Shown: positions 1 to 11,324 of the stretch, piece by piece
How positions within the stretch are numbered: the first letter of the stretch is position 1
Layout of the letters: each line of letters starts with the position of its first letter
NCBI GenBank assembly: GCA_963801815.1
Contig: CAWDGJ010000003.1
Location: 416,001-480,000 of the forward strand
Direction: 5' to 3'
Length of the DNA stretch: 64,000 nt
Source of the DNA: an uncultured Verrucomicrobiae bacterium
GTDB lineage: Bacteria; Verrucomicrobiota; Verrucomicrobiia; Chthoniobacterales; UBA10450
The notes under the pieces: model-generated
Seen by the model: the letters and a program-made list of their open reading frames with translations, nothing else
Database searches by the model: none
Told to the model about the DNA's origin: nothing
Program-made: the position numbers and the translations under genes

Positions 1-1151
1 GCCAGCGCGCCCACCAAGAATGTAGCGGATGTTATCTTTAGATTTCGCGAGAGGCCGCCCATCCGCCAGATGTTTTGCTCGTGATGCAGGCCGACGATGA
101 TCGATCCCGCAGCGAGAAACAAAAGTGCTTTGAAAAATGCGTGGGTGAAAAGGTGAAACATCGCCGCTTCGTTCGACGTCAAACCAACTGCCATCACCAT
201 GTAACCGAGTTGGGAAATCGTGGAGTAGGCAAGGATTCGTTTGATGTCGGATTGCTGGGTCGCCAGCAACGCTCCGAGTAATGCAGTGATTGTTCCAATC
301 CACGCGATCACGAGGAGCGCGGTCTGCGATGCTTGAATCAGAAAGGCAACGCGAACCAGCAGATAGACGCCGGCTGCTACCATCGTCGCTGCGTGGATCA
401 ACGCCGACACCGGCGTTGGACCTTCCATCGCGTCTGGCAACCAAACGTGAAGCGGAAACTGCGCGGACTTGCCGACCGCGCCGCAAAAAATCAGGAGCGC
501 GGCGATCGTGAGATAAGTCGGATTGCTCGTGACCTTTGAGAGATGTGCGACGATGTCGTCGAAAACGACCGAGCCGGTCGCGATCCAGATCATCAGGATG
601 CCGATCATGAACCCGAAATCACCGATGCGCGTGGTAATAAATGCCTTTTTTCCAGCCTCGGCCGCAGCGTCGCGTTCGTACCAGTGGCCTATCAGCACAT
701 ACGACGTAAAACCAACCAGCTCCCAGAAGATGAAGAGCATTACGAAATTGTTGGCCAGCACGATGCCAAGCATCGCGAACATGAAAAGCGACAGCGCGGC
801 GAAATACCGGGACTTACCGGCGTCATCGCGCATGTAGCCTAACGAATAAATGTGGATCAACGATCCGACGCCTGAGACGACAAGCAGCATCAGCCGGCTG
901 AGATCATCGAGAATGAAGCCAATCGGCACCTGCAACGTCCCGCGAATGTCGATCCAGGTGAATTCCGGAGCGGAGATGTCGATCCTGGTGAAAACCATGC
1001 AGCTGCAGAGGAAGCTCCCGAGAACCGCTGCAATCGAAATTGCGGCGCTTAGCGTTTTAAAACGACGGGTGAACAACGTGATAGTCGCCGCCGAAATTAA
1101 GGGCAGAAGCAAGACGAGCCACGGAAGAGAACTATTGGTGGTGAATCTCAT
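1..1151 (-). CDS. nuoL: NADH-quinone oxidoreductase subunit L (5' part, runs off window start)
   Basis: Manual translation from ATG at 1151: MRFTTNSSLPWLVLLLP...IHIYSLGYM...FIFWELVG...KAFITTRIGDFG. These are typical NuoL motifs, and the gene follows nuoK. Confidence 0.95.
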   Translation of the reverse strand, partial: MRFTTNSSLPWLVLLLPLISAATITLFTRRFKTLSAAISIAAVLGSFLCSCMVFTRIDISAPEFTWIDIRGTLQVPIGFILDDLSRLMLLVVSGVGSLIHIYSLGYMRDDAGKSRYFAALSLFMFAMLGIVLANNFVMLFIFWELVGFTSYVLIGHWYERDAAAEAGKKAFITTRIGDFGFMIGILMIWIATGSVVFDDIVAHLSKVTSNPTYLTIAALLIFCGAVGKSAQFPLHVWLPDAMEGPTPVSALIHAATMVAAGVYLLVRVAFLIQASQTALLVIAWIGTITALLGALLATQQSDIKRILAYSTISQLGYMVMAVGLTSNEAAMFHLFTHAFFKALLFLAAGSIIVGLHHEQNIWRMGGLSRNLKITSATFLVGAL

Positions 1152-1164
1152 TTGGACAGGGCCG

Positions 1165-1651
1165 TCCGCTAAACACGCGAAAAGGCGCTAAAGTTCTAAA
1201 GATAAATTGATTCATCGACTTTGATCTGCTGACGAGTCTTCGCGATCCGCTCGTATTCTAGTTTTGGATAATGGCCAAAGTTAACGAGCAGGCCCAGTTC
1301 GAAGCTTCCGGCTTTCAAATAATTCAAAAGCTGGGCGCGATGCTCATCGACTAACTGTGTGACGGCCTTTAACTCGACGATAATTTTCTCGTAGCAGAGA
1401 AAGTCGGGAAAGTACTTCTGGGCAAGAATTCTGCCGCGATATGCAAGCGACAATTCAGGCTGCGGAATCGCGGGAATCCGGCAATACTGAAATTCAATGC
1501 TAAGACATTCTTGGTAGACGGGCTCGTGGAAACCGCAGCCCTTGTCTTTATAGACTTCAAAACACGCCCCAATGATCGCGTAACACTCGTTTTTAAAAAT
1601 CAAATCCGGGACCAGTTTTTTCAGCGTCATTTGGCGTGTTTGGCGGATAAC
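1165..1651. mobile_element. Putative inverted-repeat-bounded GxxExxY nuclease cassette
   Basis: Left end tccgctaaacacgcgaaaaggcgctaaa (1165-1192) and right end (reverse complement tccgccaaacacgccaaatgacgctgaa, 1620-1647) form imperfect inverted repeats around a single nuclease gene. Confidence 0.6.
1196..1630 (-). CDS. GxxExxY protein (PD-(D/E)XK nuclease superfamily)
   Basis: 144 aa with GFHEPVY (GxxExxY), PDF...IIVELK and QLLNYLKA...GLLVNFG motifs. Confidence 0.92.
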   Translation of the reverse strand: MTLKKLVPDLIFKNECYAIIGACFEVYKDKGCGFHEPVYQECLSIEFQYCRIPAIPQPELSLAYRGRILAQKYFPDFLCYEKIIVELKAVTQLVDEHRAQLLNYLKAGSFELGLLVNFGHYPKLEYERIAKTRQQIKVDESIYL

Positions 1652-1972
1652 CTAAAACTTTAAAGCGGTAATATCTTCGACGTGAGTTGTTTGTCGTAAA
1701 CGGAACAGAGCGACGACAATGGCGAGCCCGACCGCGACTTCAGCCGCAGCCACGGTAATGATGAAGAACACAAAAACCTGTGCGTTGTAGTTCGGCAGGC
1801 CGCTTGGATCGACGTGAAACCGTGAAAACGCGACGAGCGAGAGATTGGCGGCGTTCAGCATCAACTCCAGGGCCATCAAGATAATGATGATGTTGCGCCT
1901 CAGCATCACGCCGGCGAACCCAATGGTGAAAAGGATTCCGCTGATGACCAGATATTGTCCAAGGGTGACCAT
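1652..1972 (-). CDS. nuoK: NADH-quinone oxidoreductase subunit K
   Basis: ELMLNAANL and [11 protein letters not shown] motifs. Confidence 0.97.
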   Translation of the reverse strand: MVTLGQYLVISGILFTIGFAGVMLRRNIIIILMALELMLNAANLSLVAFSRFHVDPSGLPNYNAQVFVFFIITVAAAEVAVGLAIVVALFRLRQTTHVEDITALKF

Positions 1973-1973
1973 T

Positions 1974-2480
1974 TTAACGAGTTTCGCGACGGCTTAAGAC
2001 AATGACGCCGATCGTCGCGACCAGGATAACAACGCCAATGACTTGGAACGGAAGGTTGTAGTTGTTAAAAAGCAGGAGGCCGATCCGGTGCACGTCGTCC
2101 GGTGCCGGTCTTGGGAGCGGCGGGAATGTTTGTTTCGCGGCGGGGAACCTCCCGATTACGGATAAAATCTGGAGCAGCAGCGCCAGCGCCACCGCGATTC
2201 CGCCTGCGGTGGCGATCCAGTTAATCTTTCGCAACTTTTCGGCACGCAAGTCGAGCAACATGATGATGAAAAGAAACAACACCATGATCGCGCCGGCATA
2301 GACGAGGACCTGAATGATTCCGACGAAGTAGGCATCAAGCGAAAGGAACAGTCCCGCTAGTCCGAGAAACGACACGACCAGGCTCAGGGCACTCGCGACC
2401 GGATTGCGATTGATGACGACGGCAGCGCCGAAGATCAACATCATCAATGCGAAAATCCAAAAGACAAAAACGGACATCAT
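1974..2480 (-). CDS. nuoJ: NADH-quinone oxidoreductase subunit J
   Basis: [15 protein letters not shown] motif. Confidence 0.97.
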   Translation of the reverse strand: MMSVFVFWIFALMMLIFGAAVVINRNPVASALSLVVSFLGLAGLFLSLDAYFVGIIQVLVYAGAIMVLFLFIIMLLDLRAEKLRKINWIATAGGIAVALALLLQILSVIGRFPAAKQTFPPLPRPAPDDVHRIGLLLFNNYNLPFQVIGVVILVATIGVIVLSRRETR

Positions 2481-2568
2481 CGATTGCGGATTGCGGATCG
2501 CGGATCGCGGATTGAGGATCGGAAAATCCCTAGCCTGACCGCTGACTTCTGACCGCTGATTTCTGAGT
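2481..2568. repeat. Heptamer tandem arrays (GCGGATT-like x5, CTGACCG/CTGACTT-like x4) between nuoI and nuoJ
   Basis: gattgcggattgcggatcgcggatcgcggattgagg ... ctgaccgctgacttctgaccgctgatttctga. Confidence 0.85.
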
Positions 2569-3099
2569 TCATTTCTTCTCGTTCCATTTCAGCACGACTC
2601 CGTGCATCACGCCGCCGATCTCGAGCAGTTTTTCCTTGTGATGCACCATCTCTTCGCGGGTAAAACCGGTGATCGCGTAATCCTTTCGCAAGTAGATCGC
2701 CTGCTCGGGACAGACTTCCTCGCACATGCCGCAGTAAATGCAGCGGATCATGTCGATGTCGAATGCGTCCGGAAATTTTTCCACCTTGGCGAAACGATCG
2801 GTTTGCGGAATTTCGCCGGGAATAATTTTGATGGCGCGGGGCGGACAGATGAATTCGCACAGCTGACAGGCGACGCAACGGACCCGGCCATCGGAATCCC
2901 GCACCAGGGCCGGTGCGCCGCGATAGTAGTCGGGCAAGTTCGGGTCCCATTTCTCCTCCGGATATTCCATGGTCACTTTCGTCCGGCCAAAGATCATGTT
3001 CTTGAAGTGTTTGATCGTGATCGCGAGACCAGCGGCGATAGCTGGCAAATACAAACGCTCGCGCCAGTTCAAATTCGGTCTCGGAACAGTGATTGCCAT
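2569..3099 (-). CDS. nuoI: NADH-quinone oxidoreductase subunit I
   Basis: Two 4Fe-4S motifs, CVACQLCEFICP and CIYCGMCEEVCP. Confidence 0.97.
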   Translation of the reverse strand: MAITVPRPNLNWRERLYLPAIAAGLAITIKHFKNMIFGRTKVTMEYPEEKWDPNLPDYYRGAPALVRDSDGRVRCVACQLCEFICPPRAIKIIPGEIPQTDRFAKVEKFPDAFDIDMIRCIYCGMCEEVCPEQAIYLRKDYAITGFTREEMVHHKEKLLEIGGVMHGVVLKWNEKK

Positions 3100-3103
3100 T
3101 GGA

Positions 3104-3191
3104 GTTATCCGCCAAACACGCTAAACGACGCTAAATTAAAATTGAATCCGAAACAGTTCTTCCTTGGCGTCATTTGGCGTCTTTAGCGGAT
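3104..3191. mobile_element. Empty (non-autonomous) copy of the GxxExxY-flanking inverted-repeat element
   Basis: gttatccgccaaacacgc (3104-3121) is the exact 18-bp reverse complement of 1634-1651. The other arm, ttggcgtcatttggcgtctttagcggat, overlaps the nuoH stop. Confidence 0.7.
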
Positions 3192-4241
3192 GAAGTTCAG
3201 GATTACCGCGACGATAAAAATGTTCACGAGTGCAATTTCAAAGAAAAACAGCCAGCCGAGACGCATCAGCTGGTCCCAGCGAAATCGTGGTAATGTCCAG
3301 CGCACCCACATGAAGAAAAAAATCAGCGCGCAGACCTTGGCGAAAAACACTGCGATGTTGATCAGTCCGAATATCCAACCGTGTGAGCCGTCCGGGATTC
3401 CGGGAAAATGCCAGCCGCCCAGAAACAAGGTTACGACGATCGCCGAGCCGGTGATCATGGCGATGTATTCGCCGAGAAAGAACAAACCGAACTTCATCGA
3501 CGCATATTCGGTGTGATAACCGCCGGCGAGCTCCTGTTCAGCCTCCGGAAGATCAAAAGGGAGCCGGTTCGTTTCGGCCAGAACGGCGATTAGAAACACG
3601 ATGAAGGAAATGCCCATCGGGACCGCGAGCACCCATTTTCCGACGTTTGTCCAGTCGCCGATAAATGGCGCGATCAGCCATCCGTTGTCGATTTGATACT
3701 GGACGACATTCGTTAGGCGTAAATTTCCGACCAGCATGAAGATCGGGATCACTGCGAGCCCGAGCGAAAGTTCATACGAAATCATTTGCGAACCAGAACG
3801 GACGCCGCCGAGAAACGGATATTTCGAATTTGACGCCCAACCGGCGAGCACGATGCCGTAGACTCCTAGCGACGCGATAGCAAAGACAAACAAAATGCCG
3901 ACGTTGATATCGGCGATGACCATCGGCACACCGAAAAGTGTGCTCCCGAAGGGAACGACCGAGATTGTGATGATAGCCGGGATCATCGCCAGACATGGCG
4001 CCAGGAAATAATAGAACTTGTTTACGTGGCCCGGCGTAAATTGTTCTTTCAGCAAAAATTTACCGGCATCGGCGATCGGCTGGAGCAACCCCGCAAAGCC
4101 GACGCGGTTCGGTCCGAGACGGTCCTGCATCAACGCGCTGACCCGGCGCTCCGCGTAAACTGCGTAATTCATCAGACCGAGCACAAACCCGAGAAGGCCG
4201 GCAATTTTCAAAAGCGATGTGCCAATAAGAAAATAATCCAT
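3183..4241 (-). CDS. nuoH: NADH-quinone oxidoreductase subunit H
   Basis: GPNRVG, ETNRLPFDLPEAEQEL and PRFRWDQL motifs. Confidence 0.97.
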   Translation of the reverse strand: MDYFLIGTSLLKIAGLLGFVLGLMNYAVYAERRVSALMQDRLGPNRVGFAGLLQPIADAGKFLLKEQFTPGHVNKFYYFLAPCLAMIPAIITISVVPFGSTLFGVPMVIADINVGILFVFAIASLGVYGIVLAGWASNSKYPFLGGVRSGSQMISYELSLGLAVIPIFMLVGNLRLTNVVQYQIDNGWLIAPFIGDWTNVGKWVLAVPMGISFIVFLIAVLAETNRLPFDLPEAEQELAGGYHTEYASMKFGLFFLGEYIAMITGSAIVVTLFLGGWHFPGIPDGSHGWIFGLINIAVFFAKVCALIFFFMWVRWTLPRFRWDQLMRLGWLFFFEIALVNIFIVAVILNFIR

Positions 4242-4252
4242 GTCGATCCTGG

Positions 4253-5973
4253 TTATCGACCGAGTGGTCGTTTCTTTTCCGCGCGTTCAATGTCTCTTGC
4301 TTTCGGATCAACGGGCGCGTGCGGGGATTCGTCGACGTTTATCACGTGCACGCCGAGATCGCCGATCTTGTTGAGTGTCAAATGAGCGAGCTGCGGAATC
4401 TCCGCGCTCATTTGTCGGAAAACATCTTCGATCGAAAAAAGTCCGTCGCTTCCACCCAGCGCTTGCAACAGGTCGCGCAGGATCTCCCAATCGTCGCGTG
4501 CATTGCCGGGTGGCCGCACCGCGCGATTCAAGCGCTGCAACCGTCCTTCGCCGTTAATCATCGAGCCGCGTTTCTCGGCAAATCCGGACGCGGGCAGGAC
4601 GATTTTAGCGTGCTCAGTAGCGGCGTTAGACAAAATGTCCACTACGACGAAGGACGAGAGTCTTGCCAATTGGTCCGGTGAAACTCCGAACTTGGCGGGA
4701 TTTTCACCTAACACGAGCAGCGCTCGGATTTCTCCTGAGTTTACGCTGTCTGCTATCCGCGAAAGATTTGCGCCCGGGCCGGCATCTAAATTCAGAGTCA
4801 ACCACGCCCCAACCGCGTTTGGATTCCGATCATTGCTCAACAAAATCTCGTCGGCCTCGCCGAAACGCGGCACGATGTCTATGTAGCGAACGTCCAGCAA
4901 ATCGGCGATCTTCCGTGTAAGCCAAAGTTCTTCGTTCGTCATTCGACCGGAAGCAACAATCGCGATGTTCCCGCCACCGACTTGCCGCAGCTGCAACGCG
5001 GCCTGCGTGATCGCATTTTTCCAATCAGTCGGCTTGAGTTTGTTGTCGTTCCGAATTTGCGGCTCGAGGAGCCGGTTCTCGGCTTCGAGATATTTGAAAT
5101 TGAGCCGGCCGTAATCGCACATCCAGCACGAATTCACGTGATCGTTCTCGCGCGGCGTTTGCCGATAAACGATGTCTTCGCGCGTTCCGATGATGGTGTT
5201 GCAGCCGGTCGCGCAGCTTGTGCAGATGCTCTTCGTTTCTTTCAAAAACCAGACGCGCATCTTGAAGCGGAAATCGCTGGAGGTCAGCGCGCCGACCGGA
5301 CAGATGTCGACCGTGTTGAGCGAGTAATTGTTCTCCAACTGTTTCCCCGGATGTGCGGTCAGAACGGTGTGGCTGCCGCGATCGACAAACCCGAGCACGT
5401 CGTCATGCGCGATTTCCTTGCAGAACCGAATGCAGCGCGAGCAAAGAATGCAGCGTTCGTCGTCGAGCGTGACGCGCGGCCCAAGCTCGACGTTTTTCGG
5501 CTTCTTGACCTTGTTTTCAAGAAAACGCGAATCGGCGTTGCCGTACTCGACGCTGAATTCCTGGAGCTCGCATTCGCCCGCCTGATCGCAGATCGGGCAA
5601 TCGAGCGGATGATTGATAAGCAGAAATTCCATCACGCCTTTGCGGCATTCCTGCGCGAGCGGCGAATTGGTGCGCACGCCCATTCCTTCGGCAACGTCCT
5701 GCGCGCAGCAAATTTGCGGGCGCGGCATCCAGTTGATCATCGGTTTGCCGTCCGCGCCGAGCTCCGGTTTGCGATCCGGTCCCATTCGCGGCATGCCCAT
5801 TTCGATCAAACACATCCGGCAATTGCCCGGCGAACTGAGTTTCGGGTGATAACAATAGCGCGGCACGTAGATGCCAGCCTGCGCGCACGCCTCGATGACA
5901 CGCGTGCCCTTCTTGGAAACTGGTGCCATACGCCGTCGATCTGGACGTTAAACATTGGAACCGGTTCAGACAT
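4253..5973 (-). CDS. nuoG: NADH-quinone oxidoreductase subunit G (apparent indel near 5912)
   Basis: HPLDCPICDQAGEC, CILCSRC and CTSCATGC motifs. The N-terminus MSEPVPMFNVQIDGVWHQFP is in another frame from ATG 5973. Confidence 0.93.
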
Positions 5974-5975
5974 AT

Positions 5976-6075
5976 CTTAGGAACACAAGAAAGCAGGAAC
6001 GCAGGAAGAAATTTGAATTAGGAAAACAGGAAAACAGGAAATTCATCTTTGAGTTCTTCCTGTCTTCCTGATTCA
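5976..6075. repeat. 8-nt CAGGAAAA-type arrays with inverted TTCCTG arm between nuoF and nuoG
   Basis: gcaggaacgcaggaag...aggaaaacaggaaaacaggaaa...ttcctgtcttcctga. Confidence 0.75.
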
Positions 6076-6080
6076 TTTTT

Positions 6081-8045
<1,965 letters not shown>

Positions 8046-8055
8046 TCGCGAAAAA

Positions 8056-8364
8056 TTAATCGGTTAATGTGCTTTGTTTTTCTACGACCTTGTCGTCTTT
8101 GAAAACGATTGTGACCGAATCTTTGCCCTGCTGGTAAAGGTAAATCGTCTTCTTCAGGATCACGAAATCTTTGCTGTCGAGCTCGGTGGGCGGTCCAAGA
8201 ATCGATTCCACCTGTTTTTTCGACATTCCTTCGGCGATTTCGTCCACGTTTGCCTTGGTGATGCGGCGCCCCGCGCAAGCGCCGAGCGCGAATACAAGTA
8301 AGACTACTAGGAAGCAGCATGCGGCCTTGTTGAAGCGTTGAAGCGTTGAAGAGTTGAAGCGCAT
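8056..8364 (-). CDS. Small lipoprotein with SmpA/OmlA(BamE)-like motif; alternative TTG start at 8394
   Basis: Hydrophobic stretch plus lipobox LGAC, followed by GMSKKQVESILGPP. Confidence 0.75.
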   Translation of the reverse strand: MRFNSSTLQRFNKAACCFLVVLLVFALGACAGRRITKANVDEIAEGMSKKQVESILGPPTELDSKDFVILKKTIYLYQQGKDSVTIVFKDDKVVEKQSTLTD

Positions 8365-8391
8365 ATCGATGTAACGATCTAACGATTTAAC
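8329..8391. repeat. 8-nt GTTGAAGC/TAACGAT inverted array
   Basis: gttgaagcgttgaagcgttgaagagttgaagc ... gtaacgatctaacgatttaac. Confidence 0.75.
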
Positions 8392-8406
8392 CAATCACGA
8401 AGCCAA

Positions 8407-9663
8407 TCATCTGTCGCATTCGCCCATGACAAAGTCCAGACTGCCAAGGATTGCGGTAACGTCGCTCACCATGCATCCAGGCAGCAGTTCGGGCAGGATA
8501 CTCAGATTCACAAACGAAGGTGCGCGAATCTTTAATCGATATGGGACGCCGCCTCCCTGGCTGTTGATGTAAAAACCGAGTTCGCCCTTTGGATTTTCGG
8601 CCGCGAAATAAACTTCGCCCGGCGGCGCGTCGAGGCCCTCCGTCACCACGATGAAGTGATGGATCAGCTCCTCCATTTTCGTCATCACGTGCGACTTGGG
8701 CGGCGTCATGTTCTTCCAATCGACGACGTTGATCGGGCCGTCGGGTAATTTGTCGATCACTTGTCGCAAAATCTTCGCGCTCTGTCGCATTTCTTCGATT
8801 CGCACCAGATAGCGGTCGTAGCAATCACCCGCGCTGCCGACCACGACCTCGAAATCGTATTGTTCGTAATCGAGATACGGATGTTTGCGTCGCAAATCGT
8901 GCTCAACGCCGCTGCCGCGCAGATTCGGCCCGGAAAGCGCGTAGGCGATTGCGCGATCTTTGGTGATCACGCCTACGTCCTTGGTGCGATCGACGAAAAT
9001 CTTGTTTCGGGTCAGGAGTTTGTCCATCTCGTCCAGCGCGGGCCCGAATTGATCGAGAAAATCGCGTAACAATGGAATGAATTTCTCCGGTAAATCGCGA
9101 ATCTGGCCGCCGACGCGCGTGTAGGAAGTTGTGAACCGCGCGCCAGTAAGAAGTTCGCTCAAGTCGTAGATTTTTTCGCGCTGGGTGAACGTGTAAAGAA
9201 AGACTGTCATGGCGCCGAGATCGAGCGCCATCGCTCCAAGTCCCATTAAGTGCGACGAAATCCGCGATATTTCGCAGCAGATCACGCGAATCGCCTTTCC
9301 CCGCGGCGGAATCTCCCAGTTCATTAATTTTTCCACGGCAAGCGCGTAGGCCACGTTATTCGACAACGGCGCGAGATAGTCGAGCCGATCGGTGTAGGGC
9401 ACGAACTGGTTATATTGCATGTTCTCCGCGATTTTCTCGTCGCCACGATGCAGAAAGCCGACGTCCGGTGTCGCTTTCGTGATGATCTCGCCATCCAGTT
9501 CGAGTACGAGGCGTAACACACCATGCGTCGCCGGATGCGACGGGCCCATGTTGAGAATCATTTTCTCGCCCATGTCGCCGTCGCCGTGGTGCAACTTAGC
9601 GTCTTCCGCGGCGACTCGCGTTACCGGGTCGGGCGATTCAATCTCACGTACCGTGAATGCCAT
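8407..9663 (-). CDS. nuoD: NADH-quinone oxidoreductase subunit D
   Basis: LNMGPSHPATHGVLRL, ENPKGELG and DFVMGECDR motifs. Confidence 0.97.
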   Translation of the reverse strand: MAFTVREIESPDPVTRVAAEDAKLHHGDGDMGEKMILNMGPSHPATHGVLRLVLELDGEIITKATPDVGFLHRGDEKIAENMQYNQFVPYTDRLDYLAPLSNNVAYALAVEKLMNWEIPPRGKAIRVICCEISRISSHLMGLGAMALDLGAMTVFLYTFTQREKIYDLSELLTGARFTTSYTRVGGQIRDLPEKFIPLLRDFLDQFGPALDEMDKLLTRNKIFVDRTKDVGVITKDRAIAYALSGPNLRGSGVEHDLRRKHPYLDYEQYDFEVVVGSAGDCYDRYLVRIEEMRQSAKILRQVIDKLPDGPINVVDWKNMTPPKSHVMTKMEELIHHFIVVTEGLDAPPGEVYFAAENPKGELGFYINSQGGGVPYRLKIRAPSFVNLSILPELLPGCMVSDVTAILGSLDFVMGECDR

Positions 9664-9753
9664 ACTTCAATCCATCTACGCTGCCGACTCGACTTCTGCG
9701 TGCAAGCTCAAATTTGGAATTGAATCGCGCCATTGAGTCGCCATGGTGAATCG

Positions 9754-10686
9754 ATGGCAAAGAAAGTCGCGCTGTTGTTTTCGGGACAAGGTGCACAGAT
9801 CGTGGGGATGGGAAAGGATTTGGCGGAACAATTCCCGGTTGCGGCCGCCGTGTTTCGGAAAGCCGATGAAATTCTTGGCCGCAGTCTGGGCGACATTGCC
9901 TGGAACGGTCCGATCGAGGAGCTCACCAAGACCTCGAATTGTCAGCCGGCGCTCTTTGTTCACGGGCTAGCCTGTCTCGCAGTCTTGCGCGAGCTCTTCG
10001 GAGAATTTCCGGTTACTGGAGCTGCCGGTCTTTCGCTAGGCGAGCTCACTGCGCACGCTGCCGCGGGAACTTTTTCTTTTGAAGACGGAGTGCGGATTGT
10101 TCAAAAGCGCGGCGAACTGATGGATGAAGCTTGCGCCGCGACGGTTGGCGGGATGGCGGCGATGATCGGCGCGGACGAAAACGCCGTCCGTCAACTTGCT
10201 GATGATGAGGATGTCGACATCGCAAACATTAATTCGCCCGGCCAGATCGTCATTTCCGGTGAACTGGCGAAAGTTGAAGCCGCGGTCGCTGTCGCGAAGG
10301 AACACGGAATTCGGCGCGCGACGATGCTGAACGTAGCTGGCGCGTACCATTCGCGTTTGATGGAATCGGCTTACGAAAAGCTCGGCCCGGTGCTGTTGGA
10401 CGTTCAGATGCAGCTCCCCCAGTTCCCGGTCGTCAGCAACGTTACCGGCCGGGAAGTGAAAACCCTGCCCGAAATCCGCCAAACGTTGCAGGAACAAGTG
10501 ACCAGCACTGTGCGGTGGGCGGATTGCGTCCAGCGACTCATCGCGCTCGGTTGCGACACATTTATTGAACTTGGTCCCGGCGCTGTCCTCGCCGGTTTGG
10601 TCAAGCGTACAAGCAAGGACGTTGAAATCATCGCAGCGGGCGATGCCGAATCCGTTCGGGCTTGCGCCGGACTGGGCTTTACGTGA
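9754..10686 (+). CDS. fabD: Malonyl-CoA:ACP transacylase
   Basis: FSGQGAQ, GLSLGE and GAYHS motifs. Confidence 0.95.
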   Translation: MAKKVALLFSGQGAQIVGMGKDLAEQFPVAAAVFRKADEILGRSLGDIAWNGPIEELTKTSNCQPALFVHGLACLAVLRELFGEFPVTGAAGLSLGELTAHAAAGTFSFEDGVRIVQKRGELMDEACAATVGGMAAMIGADENAVRQLADDEDVDIANINSPGQIVISGELAKVEAAVAVAKEHGIRRATMLNVAGAYHSRLMESAYEKLGPVLLDVQMQLPQFPVVSNVTGREVKTLPEIRQTLQEQVTSTVRWADCVQRLIALGCDTFIELGPGAVLAGLVKRTSKDVEIIAAGDAESVRACAGLGFT

Positions 10687-10771
10687 AAATGTCCGCCCCC
10701 GTGGAAGCATCGAGCGTCGCTATTCGTTAAGGTGAATCCGTGACGCAGAAGCTCTCGTCTTCACCGCAGTA

Positions 10772-10800
10772 TCGACAATGACATTTCGTCGAGGTAATTT
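10772..10800 (+). promoter_or_regulatory. Putative sigma70 promoter, leaderless geometry
   Basis: TCGACA-17-TAATTT, ending 6 nt before the GTG at 10807. Confidence 0.4.
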
Positions 10801-10806
10801 TCTGCC

Positions 10807-11262
10807 GTGAACTTGCCGCAGCGCGTCGATTCGGATTTGAAAACGGCGATGCGAGAGAAGAACGCAACGAAATTAGGCGTCCTCCGCTTGCTAAAAGCCG
10901 CGTTCATGAATGCGGCGATTGAAAAATCGGGCGCGCAAGGCGAACTCAACGACGCCGATACGACTCAAGTGATTCGGAAACAGGTAAAGCAGCGTCAGGA
11001 TTCGATCGAAAGTTTCGAAAAAGGCGGACGCGCGGACCTGGCGGCGAAAGAAAGAGAGGAGCTGTCGATCCTGCAATCATATTTGCCGCAGGCGATGAGC
11101 GCGGATGAGATTTCCGAAGTTGTGCGTGAAACGATCACCGAAGTTGGCGCGACTTCGAAAGCGCAAATGGGCGTGGTGATGAAAGCGTTACAAGCGAAAG
11201 TGGCGGGCCGAGCCGACGGCAAGACTTTGAGCGCGGAAGTGCAGCGGCAGTTACAAGGTTAA
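10807..11262 (+). CDS. GatB/YqeY domain protein
   Basis: KQRQDSIESFEKGGRADLA..E..IL..YLP motif. Confidence 0.92.
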   Translation: MNLPQRVDSDLKTAMREKNATKLGVLRLLKAAFMNAAIEKSGAQGELNDADTTQVIRKQVKQRQDSIESFEKGGRADLAAKEREELSILQSYLPQAMSADEISEVVRETITEVGATSKAQMGVVMKALQAKVAGRADGKTLSAEVQRQLQG

Positions 11263-11324
11263 AAACCTTACAAAGGCTAAAAAGGAGCTTCTTGTAACCT
11301 TGTAACTTTTGTAACCATTTCAAC
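11250..11324. repeat. 8-nt TTACAAGG/CTTGTAAC inverted array
   Basis: gttacaaggttaaaaaccttacaaagg ... cttgtaaccttgtaacttttgtaac. It contains the yqeY stop and abuts the ispD ATG. Confidence 0.75.
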
